DNA of 56,192 nucleotides, from positions 1-56,192 of the forward strand of contig JAJZYR010000004.1 of the NCBI GenBank assembly GCA_021797995.1, written 5' to 3'. The translations under genes and the position numbers were made by a program. A model generated the notes under the pieces. That model did not search any database and was not told where the DNA came from. It saw nothing but the letters and a program-made list of their open reading frames with translations. This stretch comes from Candidatus Micrarchaeota archaeon (GTDB lineage: Archaea > Micrarchaeota > Micrarchaeia > Micrarchaeales > CABMGC01). This document shows, in pieces, positions 46,569 to 56,113 of this stretch. The stretch's first letter is position 1, and every line of letters begins with the position of its first letter.

Positions 46569-47615
46569 ATGGGTTCTACAGCAGCCAGAATAAGGAGCAG
46601 GGATGCCAGCAGCCATGCCGGTATTATAGATGCTCCATATCGCGGTTCTACCTCATTGTCGGGCCGGCACAGTGCGCCTGTCCTTACGCTTTTAGAACCT
46701 GAGAGGGATACAGAGGAAAGAGGCCATGTCAGTGCACTCAGGATGCTGGCTAGGGACCTCCCTGCTCTTGCAAGGGTCGCCTCGCAGCTCGCCTTTTCGC
46801 CTCCTGCGAAGATTATCAAGGAGGAAGCGCGGATAATCGGCGAGCTTGCAGAGCTCAATGCATTTCAGGGCACATCGGCATGGAAGACAGGTGCAGGGGT
46901 TCCGCATGGTCATGGCGAGCCTGTTGCAGTGCTGCAGGGATTTATGGAAAGACACGTAGACATGAAGCATCTGACGCACTGGCTTGGGGTCATAGGCTAC
47001 AAACCCGTACTTGTCGGACCTAGGATAAACATATATTCGATAACAAATTCGCTCAAGAAGGCAGAAATGGACATAAGTGGCATAGTCGCCGAGTATGGGG
47101 CACCCGTAGCTGCAATAGGCCACAGCCTAGGCGGCACGCAGCATGTGCTTATCTCGCACGGAAATCCCGGGCTCTTCAGGCACATCATCACCCTCGATTC
47201 GCCGATAAGCCTTCCGCTGAAGGTTGCGCCTGAGATTGCTGCGCTTGCGCTTCCGGTGCGTCTTGCAAATAGCCTGGCTCTTGGACTCCGCGAGATGCAG
47301 GAGGCGCTAACGGGATGCAGCGGCGCGGAAAGAGGGACTGCCAGGATGATCGCATCAGCAGGTTCAATCCTGCACGGCCTAATCCTCGGAAGCCATGAGG
47401 AGTTGGAGGCTCTGAAGGCACTGGAACGCGGGCTCTCAGTGCCTGTTACAGCATATCATGGCACTGGCGGCGTGGTAGGCTCATCCTCAACCACAAGACC
47501 GGATGCCAAGGAAACAGTGGAGACAGGGGCCACGCATCTCGGCCATATAATAAAACCAAGTGTCTTCCTCCAGCTTGCGCAGACTCTTGACAGTCTGCAC
47601 CGTGGAGATGCATGA
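46569..47615 (+). CDS. Alpha/beta-hydrolase (lipase/esterase-like) with long N-terminal extension
   Basis: G.G.PV.VL.GF, GHSLGG nucleophile elbow, ITL.SP, C-terminal THLG. Confidence 0.75.
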   Translation: MGSTAARIRSRDASSHAGIIDAPYRGSTSLSGRHSAPVLTLLEPERDTEERGHVSALRMLARDLPALARVASQLAFSPPAKIIKEEARIIGELAELNAFQGTSAWKTGAGVPHGHGEPVAVLQGFMERHVDMKHLTHWLGVIGYKPVLVGPRINIYSITNSLKKAEMDISGIVAEYGAPVAAIGHSLGGTQHVLISHGNPGLFRHIITLDSPISLPLKVAPEIAALALPVRLANSLALGLREMQEALTGCSGAERGTARMIASAGSILHGLILGSHEELEALKALERGLSVPVTAYHGTGGVVGSSSTTRPDAKETVETGATHLGHIIKPSVFLQLAQTLDSLHRGDA

Positions 47616-47659
47616 CATCCTTCCATCAGCAAGCGGCGTGTGATTTCCCGCTCGCGTTG

Positions 47660-48757
47660 CTAAGCCGGCCTTATCAGGCTTCCGAATGGCATTTTACTGC
47701 TATTCAGTATCGCGTCGTCCCTCCTGCTGAGGAAGGCAAGCACCAGGTCGTTGAATTCCTTAGGCTTATCGAGATGTGGTCCGTGGCCGCATCCATCAGG
47801 CATCCATAGCCACGCTCCCGCTATCCTCCTGCTTGCCTCCTCAGATGCAGAGGGCGGCAGGAGCATGTCACGCTGACCATGGATGAAGAAGGCACCAACC
47901 CCTGCTGCGTCAAGCTCATGGAGCCTATTCATGTAATTCGTTGCGAAGCCATCTTTCCTTATCTCGTCATGCATGGCTTCGTAGAAGGCGCGAGGAAATC
48001 CGTACCGCAGGTTCTGCTGCATCCTGAGCACCATACTCTCTGATATATCCTCCTCTGCCCTCTCTGCATGTGCGATGCCCCACCTTACCAGCGTCCTGCT
48101 CGTCGAGAGGACCTTCCCGACCGTCGGACTGAGTTGCGGCACCATGAAGGGAAGTCTCTGGACCAGCGTAAATCTCCGTGCGTCTTCCCTGTCCGAAGGC
48201 AGAAGTCCATATGCGTCTACAAGAACCAGGTTGGCCACTGCGGAAGGGTTTGACAGCGCAAATCCGAGTGCTATGCCGCCTCCGAGAGAGTAGCCTGCGA
48301 TGTCCAGCCGGCCACCGACTCCAGTCCTTTCCAGAAACTGCGGGAGAAAACCGTTTATATAGTATCCAAGCGTGCTCCTGCCGTGGTTCTTCTCGCTTCC
48401 GCTCCTGCCTCCGTACCCTGGCAAGTCCGGGGCTATGATATGAAATTTCTCCAATAGCCCGGGTATGTTCGGACCCCACGAGGCTATTGCATCAGAGGTC
48501 CCGCTTCCGTGAAGCAGCAGGAGTGTTTGGCCATTCCCTTCACCGGCCTCGAAGTACCTTATCCTGATGGTCCTTTCCCTCCCTCCAGACGCATCATCAA
48601 GCTCGGTGCTCCTGGCAGAGACTCCGTGCCTTAGCAGGCTGCGAAGCATGCGATCCTCATTGCGCCTTGCGTTCGCAGTATCCGTCCTCGCCCCCAATTC
48701 ACTTGCCAGTATCCCCTGCCTGCCCCTACTGGCAGACTCCAATGCTCTAACTGCCAT
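47660..48757 (-). CDS. Alpha/beta-hydrolase (MhpC-like) with N-terminal extension
   Basis: LLLLHG, IIAPDLPGYG, GYSLGG, IHGQRD..LP, GCGH.PHLDKP.EFN. Confidence 0.87.
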   Translation of the reverse strand: MAVRALESASRGRQGILASELGARTDTANARRNEDRMLRSLLRHGVSARSTELDDASGGRERTIRIRYFEAGEGNGQTLLLLHGSGTSDAIASWGPNIPGLLEKFHIIAPDLPGYGGRSGSEKNHGRSTLGYYINGFLPQFLERTGVGGRLDIAGYSLGGGIALGFALSNPSAVANLVLVDAYGLLPSDREDARRFTLVQRLPFMVPQLSPTVGKVLSTSRTLVRWGIAHAERAEEDISESMVLRMQQNLRYGFPRAFYEAMHDEIRKDGFATNYMNRLHELDAAGVGAFFIHGQRDMLLPPSASEEASRRIAGAWLWMPDGCGHGPHLDKPKEFNDLVLAFLSRRDDAILNSSKMPFGSLIRPA

Positions 48758-48822
48758 ATGACACCAGATAAGTATCGGTATTTAAATACATTTCCTACTA
48801 ATGAAGATACGGTGCAGATGCA

Positions 48823-48975
48823 ATGGCCACATTGAACCAGCCGCAGTCCCAGGCAGGGATCCTGAGCTTCTATGATGCCCCAGAGCGCGGCCCGAAGTTC
48901 GGAGCAAAGTCCATACTGATAGCAGTGGCTGCCTTTACCATAATAATAATGGTCCTCGACCACTTCATCCTGTGA
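48823..48975 (+). CDS. secG: Preprotein translocase subunit Sec61-beta
   Basis: Manual translation MATLNQPQSQAGILSFYDAPERGPKFGAKSILIAVAAFTIIIMVLDHFIL: AG(I/L)xxFY motif plus a single C-terminal TM; TTTAAATA upstream. Not in the ORF track. Confidence 0.85.
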   Translation: MATLNQPQSQAGILSFYDAPERGPKFGAKSILIAVAAFTIIIMVLDHFIL

Positions 48976-48979
48976 ATCC

Positions 48980-49870
48980 TCAGGCAAGCCTGAACAGATC
49001 CCGCTTCTTCTCGCAGACGTCCCCATGCTCGGACATGTAGTAAAGGACGGCCCGCACCCCATCCTCGTCAATCCTCGCCTTCTCAGCCAGTTCCCCTACC
49101 TTCCTGTCGCCAGATTCAAGCTCCTTCGCTATAAGCACTGAGTACCTCTCGAGGAACGACCTGAGCACTATGTAAAACTTCCTGTTGAATGCGCGCGTGC
49201 CGAAGACCAGGCCGTGCTTTATGCTGTCCTCAAGCGCGGCAGAGACGCTGGCGGCCTCGGCCTCTGTCTGGAGGACTACGAAGCCCTGCCTTTCCAGCAG
49301 CTTTATTCTCTCGTCATTTATATTCCCCCTTATGTGCAGCAGGTGCTCATATCCTTCTCTCGGGGCTGCCTGACCCGCTTGAGGTGCGGTACTCTGTGCA
49401 GCCTCCTGCCTCTTTCTCATCAAGAACCTGTCATAGACACCCTTTGATATGCTGTAGAGGAATGCCTTCTCCTTCTCGCTCCTGAATGTAGAGACCACTC
49501 CTCTTTTTATCAGCTGCCCGAGCACCTTTACCTCCTGCGGGCCGAGCATCCTCTCGACTTTTGCCGTGGTCCTTTCCTTGTACCTCAGCGTATCCAGCTT
49601 CTTCAGGACAGCGATCTCATTATCGCTCAGCCCAGGTCCCGGCCCTTGCTGCATCGGGGTCTGCGCCTGCGATGCACTGGTTCCTCCCTGTGGCGCCATG
49701 CTCCCGCCGATTATCATGTTCATTATGTCGGACTTCTTTGCAAATAGGAATGCTTTGTCATTGTACCTGAAGAAGTCAATTTCATCGCCCTCGCCAATCC
49801 CCAGCGTCTTTATCACGTCAAAAGGAAGGTATACGACCAACTTGTTGTTTGATTTATAGACTTTTGCCAT
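48980..49870 (-). CDS. Hypothetical DNA-binding protein: AbrB-like N-terminus plus winged-helix domains
   Basis: LVVYLP.DV...LGI.EGDEI.F; C-terminal V.ELAEKA.ID...VR.VL..M.E.G.V. Confidence 0.7.
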   Translation of the reverse strand: MAKVYKSNNKLVVYLPFDVIKTLGIGEGDEIDFFRYNDKAFLFAKKSDIMNMIIGGSMAPQGGTSASQAQTPMQQGPGPGLSDNEIAVLKKLDTLRYKERTTAKVERMLGPQEVKVLGQLIKRGVVSTFRSEKEKAFLYSISKGVYDRFLMRKRQEAAQSTAPQAGQAAPREGYEHLLHIRGNINDERIKLLERQGFVVLQTEAEAASVSAALEDSIKHGLVFGTRAFNRKFYIVLRSFLERYSVLIAKELESGDRKVGELAEKARIDEDGVRAVLYYMSEHGDVCEKKRDLFRLA

Positions 49871-49915
49871 CGGACGACCAAGCAGTATTATAATGCCGTA
49901 AGGAATAGTGGTATC

Positions 49916-50854
49916 ATGCAAAATATAAAAGGGTTTGCAAGCAGGACTGCTGGCCCTGCAATAGGGATAAGGACATCGGCCACAACCCTGGCAGACATAA
50001 GGAAGGCGGTGCAGCCAAGGGACATATTTACGGACAAGAGGGGGAACGGAACGGTGCTGGTGATTGCCGGAAGTTCAAGATATCACGGTGCGCCGTCGCT
50101 TGCCTGCTCGGCTGCGCAGAACATGCTTGCTGCCCTGAGGACAGGCGCGGGATATGCTGTTGCATACGTCCCCATCGCGATCCGCGACATAGTCAGGAGG
50201 CAATCCCCCGCAATTATAGTCAATGCCCTCGGCAGTGACCATATAATCTTCAATTCCGAGATACGGGAGGCGGTCTCAAAGGCGGACGCCGTCGCCATAG
50301 GGATGGGAATAGGGAGGGAGACAAGTACGCTGAGGCAGGCTGCCTTGATACTCGATCATTGCTTCATGCTTTCCAAGAAGGTGGTAATCGATGCCGATGC
50401 AATATACGCCGTCAGATACACTAAGTCTGGGATGAACGGGAATGTGGCGGTAACCCCGCAGGGCAGGGAGTTCCGCGAGCTCTTCGGGAAGAGCCCCTCA
50501 CATGGCGACGACAATGCGCGGATAAGCGCGGCTGCGGCGCTTGCAGGCAGGCTCGGTGCAAATATTATCCTAAAGGGCCACAGGTCGATAATAACAAACG
50601 GCAGCGTCGCAAAGATAAACAGGGCGGGGAGCTCGGCCCTTGCAACAATGGGAACAGGAGACGTACTGTCGGGCATCATTGCCGGATTTGCTGCGGCAGG
50701 CGCGCCAATGTTCGATGCCGCTGTCGCAGGCGTCTGCCTCCACTCCAAAATCGGCGATGAGCTTGCAAGGAAGATGGGAAACCATATAATCTCCACCGAC
50801 GTAGTGGAAAGCATCCCTGCAGTCATGAAGAAGTTTGACAAGAATAAAAGGTAA
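49916..50854 (+). CDS. nnrD: ADP-dependent NAD(P)H-hydrate dehydratase
   Basis: K..NG.VLVIAGS..Y.GAP, G.G.G, VIDADA, TP...EF..L, LKG, LAT.GTGDVLSG. Start uncertain. Confidence 0.9.
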   Translation: MQNIKGFASRTAGPAIGIRTSATTLADIRKAVQPRDIFTDKRGNGTVLVIAGSSRYHGAPSLACSAAQNMLAALRTGAGYAVAYVPIAIRDIVRRQSPAIIVNALGSDHIIFNSEIREAVSKADAVAIGMGIGRETSTLRQAALILDHCFMLSKKVVIDADAIYAVRYTKSGMNGNVAVTPQGREFRELFGKSPSHGDDNARISAAAALAGRLGANIILKGHRSIITNGSVAKINRAGSSALATMGTGDVLSGIIAGFAAAGAPMFDAAVAGVCLHSKIGDELARKMGNHIISTDVVESIPAVMKKFDKNKR

Positions 50855-52115
50855 TGCAACGCGCTCAATCACAGAAAAGAGGATAAAAGACAGCATATAC
50901 GGCAACATATCGATTAGCGGGCAGGAACTCAGGCTGATCGATACCCCGATCTTCCAGAGGCTTAGGCAGATCAAGCAGCTCGGCGCCACGGACCTTGTCT
51001 ATCCCGGTGCAACCCACACAAGGTTCTCGCACAGTATCGGGACAATGCACATCACGGGCCGCTTCGTCGACGGCGCAGGAAGAGGGCGCGGCAAGGCCGC
51101 CGAAGCCCCTGACGAAAGGGAGAAGTTCAGGATTGCGGCGCTGCTCCACGACCTCGGGCATTACCCATTTTCCCATACAACCGAAGGTGCGGTCTCGAAG
51201 GTCTTCGGCGGCATGGATCATGAGCAGTTTGGAGGGTACCTGATAAGAAAATTCCTTGCCGAGAGGCTTGATTCATACAAGCCCTCCGAAATCATAAACG
51301 TATTCACTGGCAGGAGGAAGAGCCCACTCCTCTCTTCGGCCCTCGATGCCGACAAGGCCGACTATCTGCTCAGGGATTCATACAACGCAGGGGTTCCGTA
51401 CGGCAGGGTGGGCCTCCAGCGGCTCCTCCGCACCATTTCCTACGTAAAAGGCGGCATAGTCTTCGAGAAGGACGAGGTCGCAGTCGAGAACTTCCTCATA
51501 GGCAGATACCATATGTACCGTGCCGTATACCACCACAAGGCTGTCGTCTCATTCAACCTCATGGTGGGGAAGATATTCGAACTGCTGACGACAGAGAACT
51601 ACCTGCCGGATCCGACGGACCTCGTGAAGTCGGAGGACGAATACGGCCTCTCGGGCTACACCGACGGTCTTGTCGTTGCCTGCATGCACAAGTACCTTGA
51701 AACAGGGAGGGACAGGTTCCTCAGGTCGCTCATAAAGCTCTTCCTTGCGCGTGAACCTCTTGAATCAATTTACCTGAATCCGCAATCGTCCAGGCCAGGC
51801 GGGATCCCAAAAGAAACAGCAGCAATGCTGGCGCTTGCAGAAGATCCGGCAATAACGGAGAGAATTGCCGAAGCTGCCGGAGTGGATGCAAGGGAAATAT
51901 TCGCAATAAAGATGAGGCCACTGAGCCTTATAGACGAGGACACAAAGATTTATATCAGCAACAAGGGCAGGCCAAGGTCGATCACCGAGAGCGGCGGCCT
52001 CATAATGAACATGATAGGGAGCAGGACCTTATATGATGCAAGGGTATACGCCATGCCCGGAAGGTCAAAGGCCGTAGCTGCAGCGCTGGGCAAGTACCTC
52101 AGGAAGAATTTGTGA
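50835..52115 (+). CDS. HD-domain phosphohydrolase (SAMHD1/dNTPase-like)
   Basis: IDTPIFQRLRQIKQLG...VYPGATHTRFSHSIG, ALLHDLGHYPFSH, DADK.DYL.RD, MY..VY.HK. Confidence 0.9.
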   Translation: MTRIKGNATRSITEKRIKDSIYGNISISGQELRLIDTPIFQRLRQIKQLGATDLVYPGATHTRFSHSIGTMHITGRFVDGAGRGRGKAAEAPDEREKFRIAALLHDLGHYPFSHTTEGAVSKVFGGMDHEQFGGYLIRKFLAERLDSYKPSEIINVFTGRRKSPLLSSALDADKADYLLRDSYNAGVPYGRVGLQRLLRTISYVKGGIVFEKDEVAVENFLIGRYHMYRAVYHHKAVVSFNLMVGKIFELLTTENYLPDPTDLVKSEDEYGLSGYTDGLVVACMHKYLETGRDRFLRSLIKLFLAREPLESIYLNPQSSRPGGIPKETAAMLALAEDPAITERIAEAAGVDAREIFAIKMRPLSLIDEDTKIYISNKGRPRSITESGGLIMNMIGSRTLYDARVYAMPGRSKAVAAALGKYLRKNL

Positions 52116-54025
52116 ATGGTGGAAAGATGACTGGTCCAAGCCAAAACCTGAAGAGGGAATTCGGAGTTTCCCTTTCTGCCGCGATAAAGCTGGCATATCC
52201 GGGCATTGCCATAACAGACGAGCAGCTGGCCATCTCGATAACAAAGTCAAAGCCCGGGCATGGCGACCTTAGCTCATCAGTCTCATTCGGCCTTGCAAGG
52301 CTCCTCAAGAAAGCACCGCAGGAAATTGCAAAATCAATAACATCAATGCTGAAATGCACAGACATCCTCTCAAAGTTCGAAGAGTCTGGGGGATACATTA
52401 ATGCATCAGTAGACAGGAAAGCTTACTCGAGGGCCGTCATCTCTGCCATACTCGAGCGCGGAGACCTTTACGTAAGCAACTCTGCAGGCAGGGGAAGGAA
52501 GGCGCTTATAGAATATCCGTCCGTCAATCCGAGCAAGCCGTGGCATATAGGGCATCTCAGGAACGCGCTTCTCGGCGATGCCATAGCGAACATCATGGCA
52601 GCTTCATCGTACAACGTGGAGCGCGAAGATTACATAGAGGACCTGGGCCTTCAGATAGCCGAGATTCTCTGGGGCCAGGCAAACATCGGGTCGAAGCCTG
52701 ACGGGAAGTTCGACCAGTGGCTTGGGGAGCAATACGTTGCGGTGAACAAGAGGCTCGAAGAGCCAGGGGTAAAGGACCAGATAAATTCTATATTAAAGAG
52801 GATGGAAGATCTGTCAACGGAGGAGAGCAGGGAGTCAAGGCGGGTGTCTGACAAGTGCGTCAGGGCGCAATACGAGACTGCATACAACTACGGGCTCTGC
52901 CACGATGTCATGATATGGGAGAGCGACATAGTCCGTGCACAGCTTCTTGAGAAGACGATAAAGATGGGCGAGGAGAAGGGGGTGTTTGAGAGGCAGACAG
53001 AGGGCAAGTATGCAAAGTGCCTTGTGGTAAATCTCTCGAAGATGAAGGGTGTTGCAGAGGATCTTGGCAGTCCAAGCGAGGAAACAAAGGTAATCCTGAG
53101 AAGCAATGGGACCGCTACGTACATAGCAAAGGACATTGCTTTACACATGTGGAAGTTCGGCATAATCAAGGCAGACTTCCACTACCGTCTGAGGGAGGAA
53201 AAGCAGGGAGACGGAAAGCCCCTCTACACGACTGCAGAGGAAGGCGTGGACGCCATATTCGGAGGTGCCGATATCGCGGTAAACGTAATAGGATCGGCAC
53301 AGCGATATCCGCAACTGGTGCTGAGGTCGGTAATGGCGCTGATGGGCTATGAGAAGCAGGCTTCAAGCATAATCCATATCTCGTATGGGAAGGTTGGCAT
53401 CAAGGGGGGATCGCTGAGCGGAAGGAAGGGCGGCTGGCTCGGAGAGGGCAGAAGCTATACTGCTGACACCCTTCTCGGCGAGGTAATGGCAAAGGCCGGC
53501 GAAATAGTCGGCAATAGCGAGAAGATAGCCGACAGAGGCAGGGCCGGTGAGATCGCAAAAGCTGTAGCTGTCGGTGCGATAAAGTTCGAGTTCCTCAGGA
53601 TAGCACCGGAGAAGGAGGTGACATTCTCGTGGGACCGTGCCCTCGACTTCGAAGTCAGCAGCGCCCCATACTGCATGTATACCTATGCAAGGGCAAGGAG
53701 GATACTGGAGCGCGCTGGATTTGCCGCTACGGATCTAAGCCCTACCGACTACAATTACGTTACTGACGGGGTTGACTTCGAACTTGCAAAGCTGCTGGGC
53801 GAGGCCCCCGAGGCGGTGGAGAAGGCGTGTGCCGAATACCGCCCGAACATCATAGCTGACTACCTGCTCGAGCTCTGTTCTCTATTCTCGAGGTTCTATG
53901 AGAAGATGCCTGTGATAAATGGCGGCGAGGCGAGGAGCGTGAGGTTAGTGCTGGTCTTTGCAACCATGCAGGTCACAAGGCTTATGCTCCTCCTTCTTGG
54001 AATCGGCACTGTGGATGCTATGTAA
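52112..54025 (+). CDS. argS: Arginine--tRNA ligase
   Basis: EYPSVNP.KP.HIGHLRNA.LGD, RSNGT..Y..KD, SGRKG, Y..Y.YARA. Confidence 0.96.
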   Translation: MNGGKMTGPSQNLKREFGVSLSAAIKLAYPGIAITDEQLAISITKSKPGHGDLSSSVSFGLARLLKKAPQEIAKSITSMLKCTDILSKFEESGGYINASVDRKAYSRAVISAILERGDLYVSNSAGRGRKALIEYPSVNPSKPWHIGHLRNALLGDAIANIMAASSYNVEREDYIEDLGLQIAEILWGQANIGSKPDGKFDQWLGEQYVAVNKRLEEPGVKDQINSILKRMEDLSTEESRESRRVSDKCVRAQYETAYNYGLCHDVMIWESDIVRAQLLEKTIKMGEEKGVFERQTEGKYAKCLVVNLSKMKGVAEDLGSPSEETKVILRSNGTATYIAKDIALHMWKFGIIKADFHYRLREEKQGDGKPLYTTAEEGVDAIFGGADIAVNVIGSAQRYPQLVLRSVMALMGYEKQASSIIHISYGKVGIKGGSLSGRKGGWLGEGRSYTADTLLGEVMAKAGEIVGNSEKIADRGRAGEIAKAVAVGAIKFEFLRIAPEKEVTFSWDRALDFEVSSAPYCMYTYARARRILERAGFAATDLSPTDYNYVTDGVDFELAKLLGEAPEAVEKACAEYRPNIIADYLLELCSLFSRFYEKMPVINGGEARSVRLVLVFATMQVTRLMLLLLGIGTVDAM

Positions 54026-54093
54026 GCTCAGATGTCATCTCAATCGTGTAGGCAATATATAAATAGTTCCGGAGAGCCAGATAACCGATCCAT

Positions 54094-55551
54094 ATGGCCC
54101 AGAGATACAGGCAGGAAGACAGGGTGGGGAAGATTGCAAGGATGGCAGATAAGGCCATATCCGTGATGGGTGAGGTATACGACAGGATCGCAGAGATACC
54201 GTTTGGAGGCCGGGACGACTATGGCATAGTAATTCCGGTAGGCAGGATGCGCTATCTGCTCGGCGAGATCGACAAGGAAATCGGCAGGCTCATTCCGGGA
54301 GAGGGAAACGCCAGCATTCATGCGCCCCGAGGACCGGATCAACAGGGCAGGCTCTCCCTTTCTTCTGCGTATATGACTAAAATGAGGCTTCTGGAAGAAT
54401 TTGGGATGTTCTACACTATAAGGTCCAGCTCTCCAGGCGAACATGACAATCCGCACAGCCTGATAGCGAATTCGAAGAAGTGCTTTGCCGAAGCGCTCGA
54501 ATGCACAGCACAGACATTGGGTCTGTTTCCAGGCAGTCAGCCTGTGCTCATCAGTAAGGCAAGGCTCCTGCTAAAACTCTCCGCAGTCGAAGCAGACGGG
54601 CTTCTCCACGGAATGCCTAGCACGACTGCGGAGACATATGCGTTATGCAGTGCTGATGCAGAAAAAGCGATTAGGGACGCAGTGAGCTTTGGCGCAGACA
54701 CAAAGGCGCTAATTGAAGCTGCAGAGCTCATGTCAGCTCTCGCTTATCGCGTAGGGTTCGCAGATGAGGTCTTAATCCCCGGAGCCACGGATACGGAGTT
54801 ATATGCCCGCAGAGCCGCGCAGCATTGGTTCATCATGGAACAGTATGATGAGGCAATAATCCGCTCTCCTAGAGAAGACATAGCCGTATTATATGCAAGG
54901 AAGGCACACGCCACTGAGGAATACATAGACTACCTTCTCAGCAGTCCTGCCCACGAGGCCGAGGGCACAGAGCATAAACGCATGGTAGCCCTCCAGCATG
55001 CGCGCCAGAATATAACCCTCTATAATATGATCATGGATATGGTTTATACAAAGGGATTAACGAAATCTGGAGAAGTCAGCTATAAGATAATGAGACAGCA
55101 GCCCGCAAAGACATATATGCCTCTCTGGGAGAGCGGCCGTATGCACGAACTCAGTGGCAGGATACAGGCGGAGCTTGGAATGGGAGATGAGGCTGTGCAG
55201 AGCTATAGAACGGCTCTCAAGCTATATACTACATACGATGCGCTTTTACTTCGGTCTGCGGAGTCGCAAAGCGGATTTAGCGTGGACCAACGCCTGCACT
55301 TATCCCTGGTAATGGAGCGCATTGGGGATATGGGTTTTATGCTAGGCTATTATCCTGCTGCAGTAAGCGCATATGCCCTTGCCATAGACAGGATGGATGG
55401 GATAGTAAGACTAGAAGAGGAAGTCGCAGACCATATATATGACCTCTTCGGCAAAATGGGATCGGCTTACGAAAAGTCAGGTCTTACAGAAGAAGCCAGA
55501 TTAATAGAGTACGCGCGGGAGCAGATGAGGGCGCAATATCCCTTTCTATAA
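54094..55551 (+). CDS. Hypothetical all-helical, TPR-like protein
   Basis: TPR-like segments G..Q.ELG..DEA.QSY..AL, IGD..F.LG.Y..A..AY..AI, MG.AYEK.G..EEA. Confidence 0.6.
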   Translation: MAQRYRQEDRVGKIARMADKAISVMGEVYDRIAEIPFGGRDDYGIVIPVGRMRYLLGEIDKEIGRLIPGEGNASIHAPRGPDQQGRLSLSSAYMTKMRLLEEFGMFYTIRSSSPGEHDNPHSLIANSKKCFAEALECTAQTLGLFPGSQPVLISKARLLLKLSAVEADGLLHGMPSTTAETYALCSADAEKAIRDAVSFGADTKALIEAAELMSALAYRVGFADEVLIPGATDTELYARRAAQHWFIMEQYDEAIIRSPREDIAVLYARKAHATEEYIDYLLSSPAHEAEGTEHKRMVALQHARQNITLYNMIMDMVYTKGLTKSGEVSYKIMRQQPAKTYMPLWESGRMHELSGRIQAELGMGDEAVQSYRTALKLYTTYDALLLRSAESQSGFSVDQRLHLSLVMERIGDMGFMLGYYPAAVSAYALAIDRMDGIVRLEEEVADHIYDLFGKMGSAYEKSGLTEEARLIEYAREQMRAQYPFL

Positions 55552-55694
55552 AGCCGGCAGGAGAAGAAATAAGTGCAGTGCAGCCTAAAGCACCACGGAT
55601 GCGTACGGATCGCATTTCACATCACGGCCATGCGGGCCAGGCAAAAGGATTATAAATGACAAGAGAGCATAGTGCGTATAATCAATAGGTGTTT

Positions 55695-56108
55695 ATGCTG
55701 GGCTATGATGAACTGCTGGACCGGGCCTTTACGATGCTTCCGAAGCTCTCGGAGGACAAGTCGGACTTCAAAATACCCGAGGCCGAGTCGCTGATACAGG
55801 GGAGCAAGACCATCGTGAAGAACATAGCACAGATATCGGATGCGGCAAGGAGGGACAAGGCGGATATAATAAAGTACCTTACAAAGGAGCTCGCCTCGCC
55901 AATCAGCACTGACGGGAACATGCTCAGCATAAGCGCGCGCGTGCAACCCGGCGCGCTCAACGATAAGGTGCGCAGGTACTTCGAGACGTACATAATATGC
56001 AAGGAGTGCCACAAGTCGGACACCAAGGTTGCGGATACGCAGCGCGGATACATTGTGATAGTCTGTGAGGCCTGCGGGGCCATATACACAGTCAAGAACT
56101 ACCAGTGA
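55695..56108 (+). CDS. eif2b: Translation initiation factor aIF-2 beta
   Basis: YDELLDRA, F.IP, T...N...I, K.L.KEL, zinc ribbon CKECHKSDT...CEACGA. Confidence 0.95.
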   Translation: MLGYDELLDRAFTMLPKLSEDKSDFKIPEAESLIQGSKTIVKNIAQISDAARRDKADIIKYLTKELASPISTDGNMLSISARVQPGALNDKVRRYFETYIICKECHKSDTKVADTQRGYIVIVCEACGAIYTVKNYQ

Positions 56109-56113
56109 TGCTT

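Noticed and set aside
1590..56095. Numerous long antisense and alternative-frame ORFs (e.g. 1590-2405, 9413-10093, 40378-40578)
   Set aside because: Shadows of well-supported genes in moderately GC-rich DNA.
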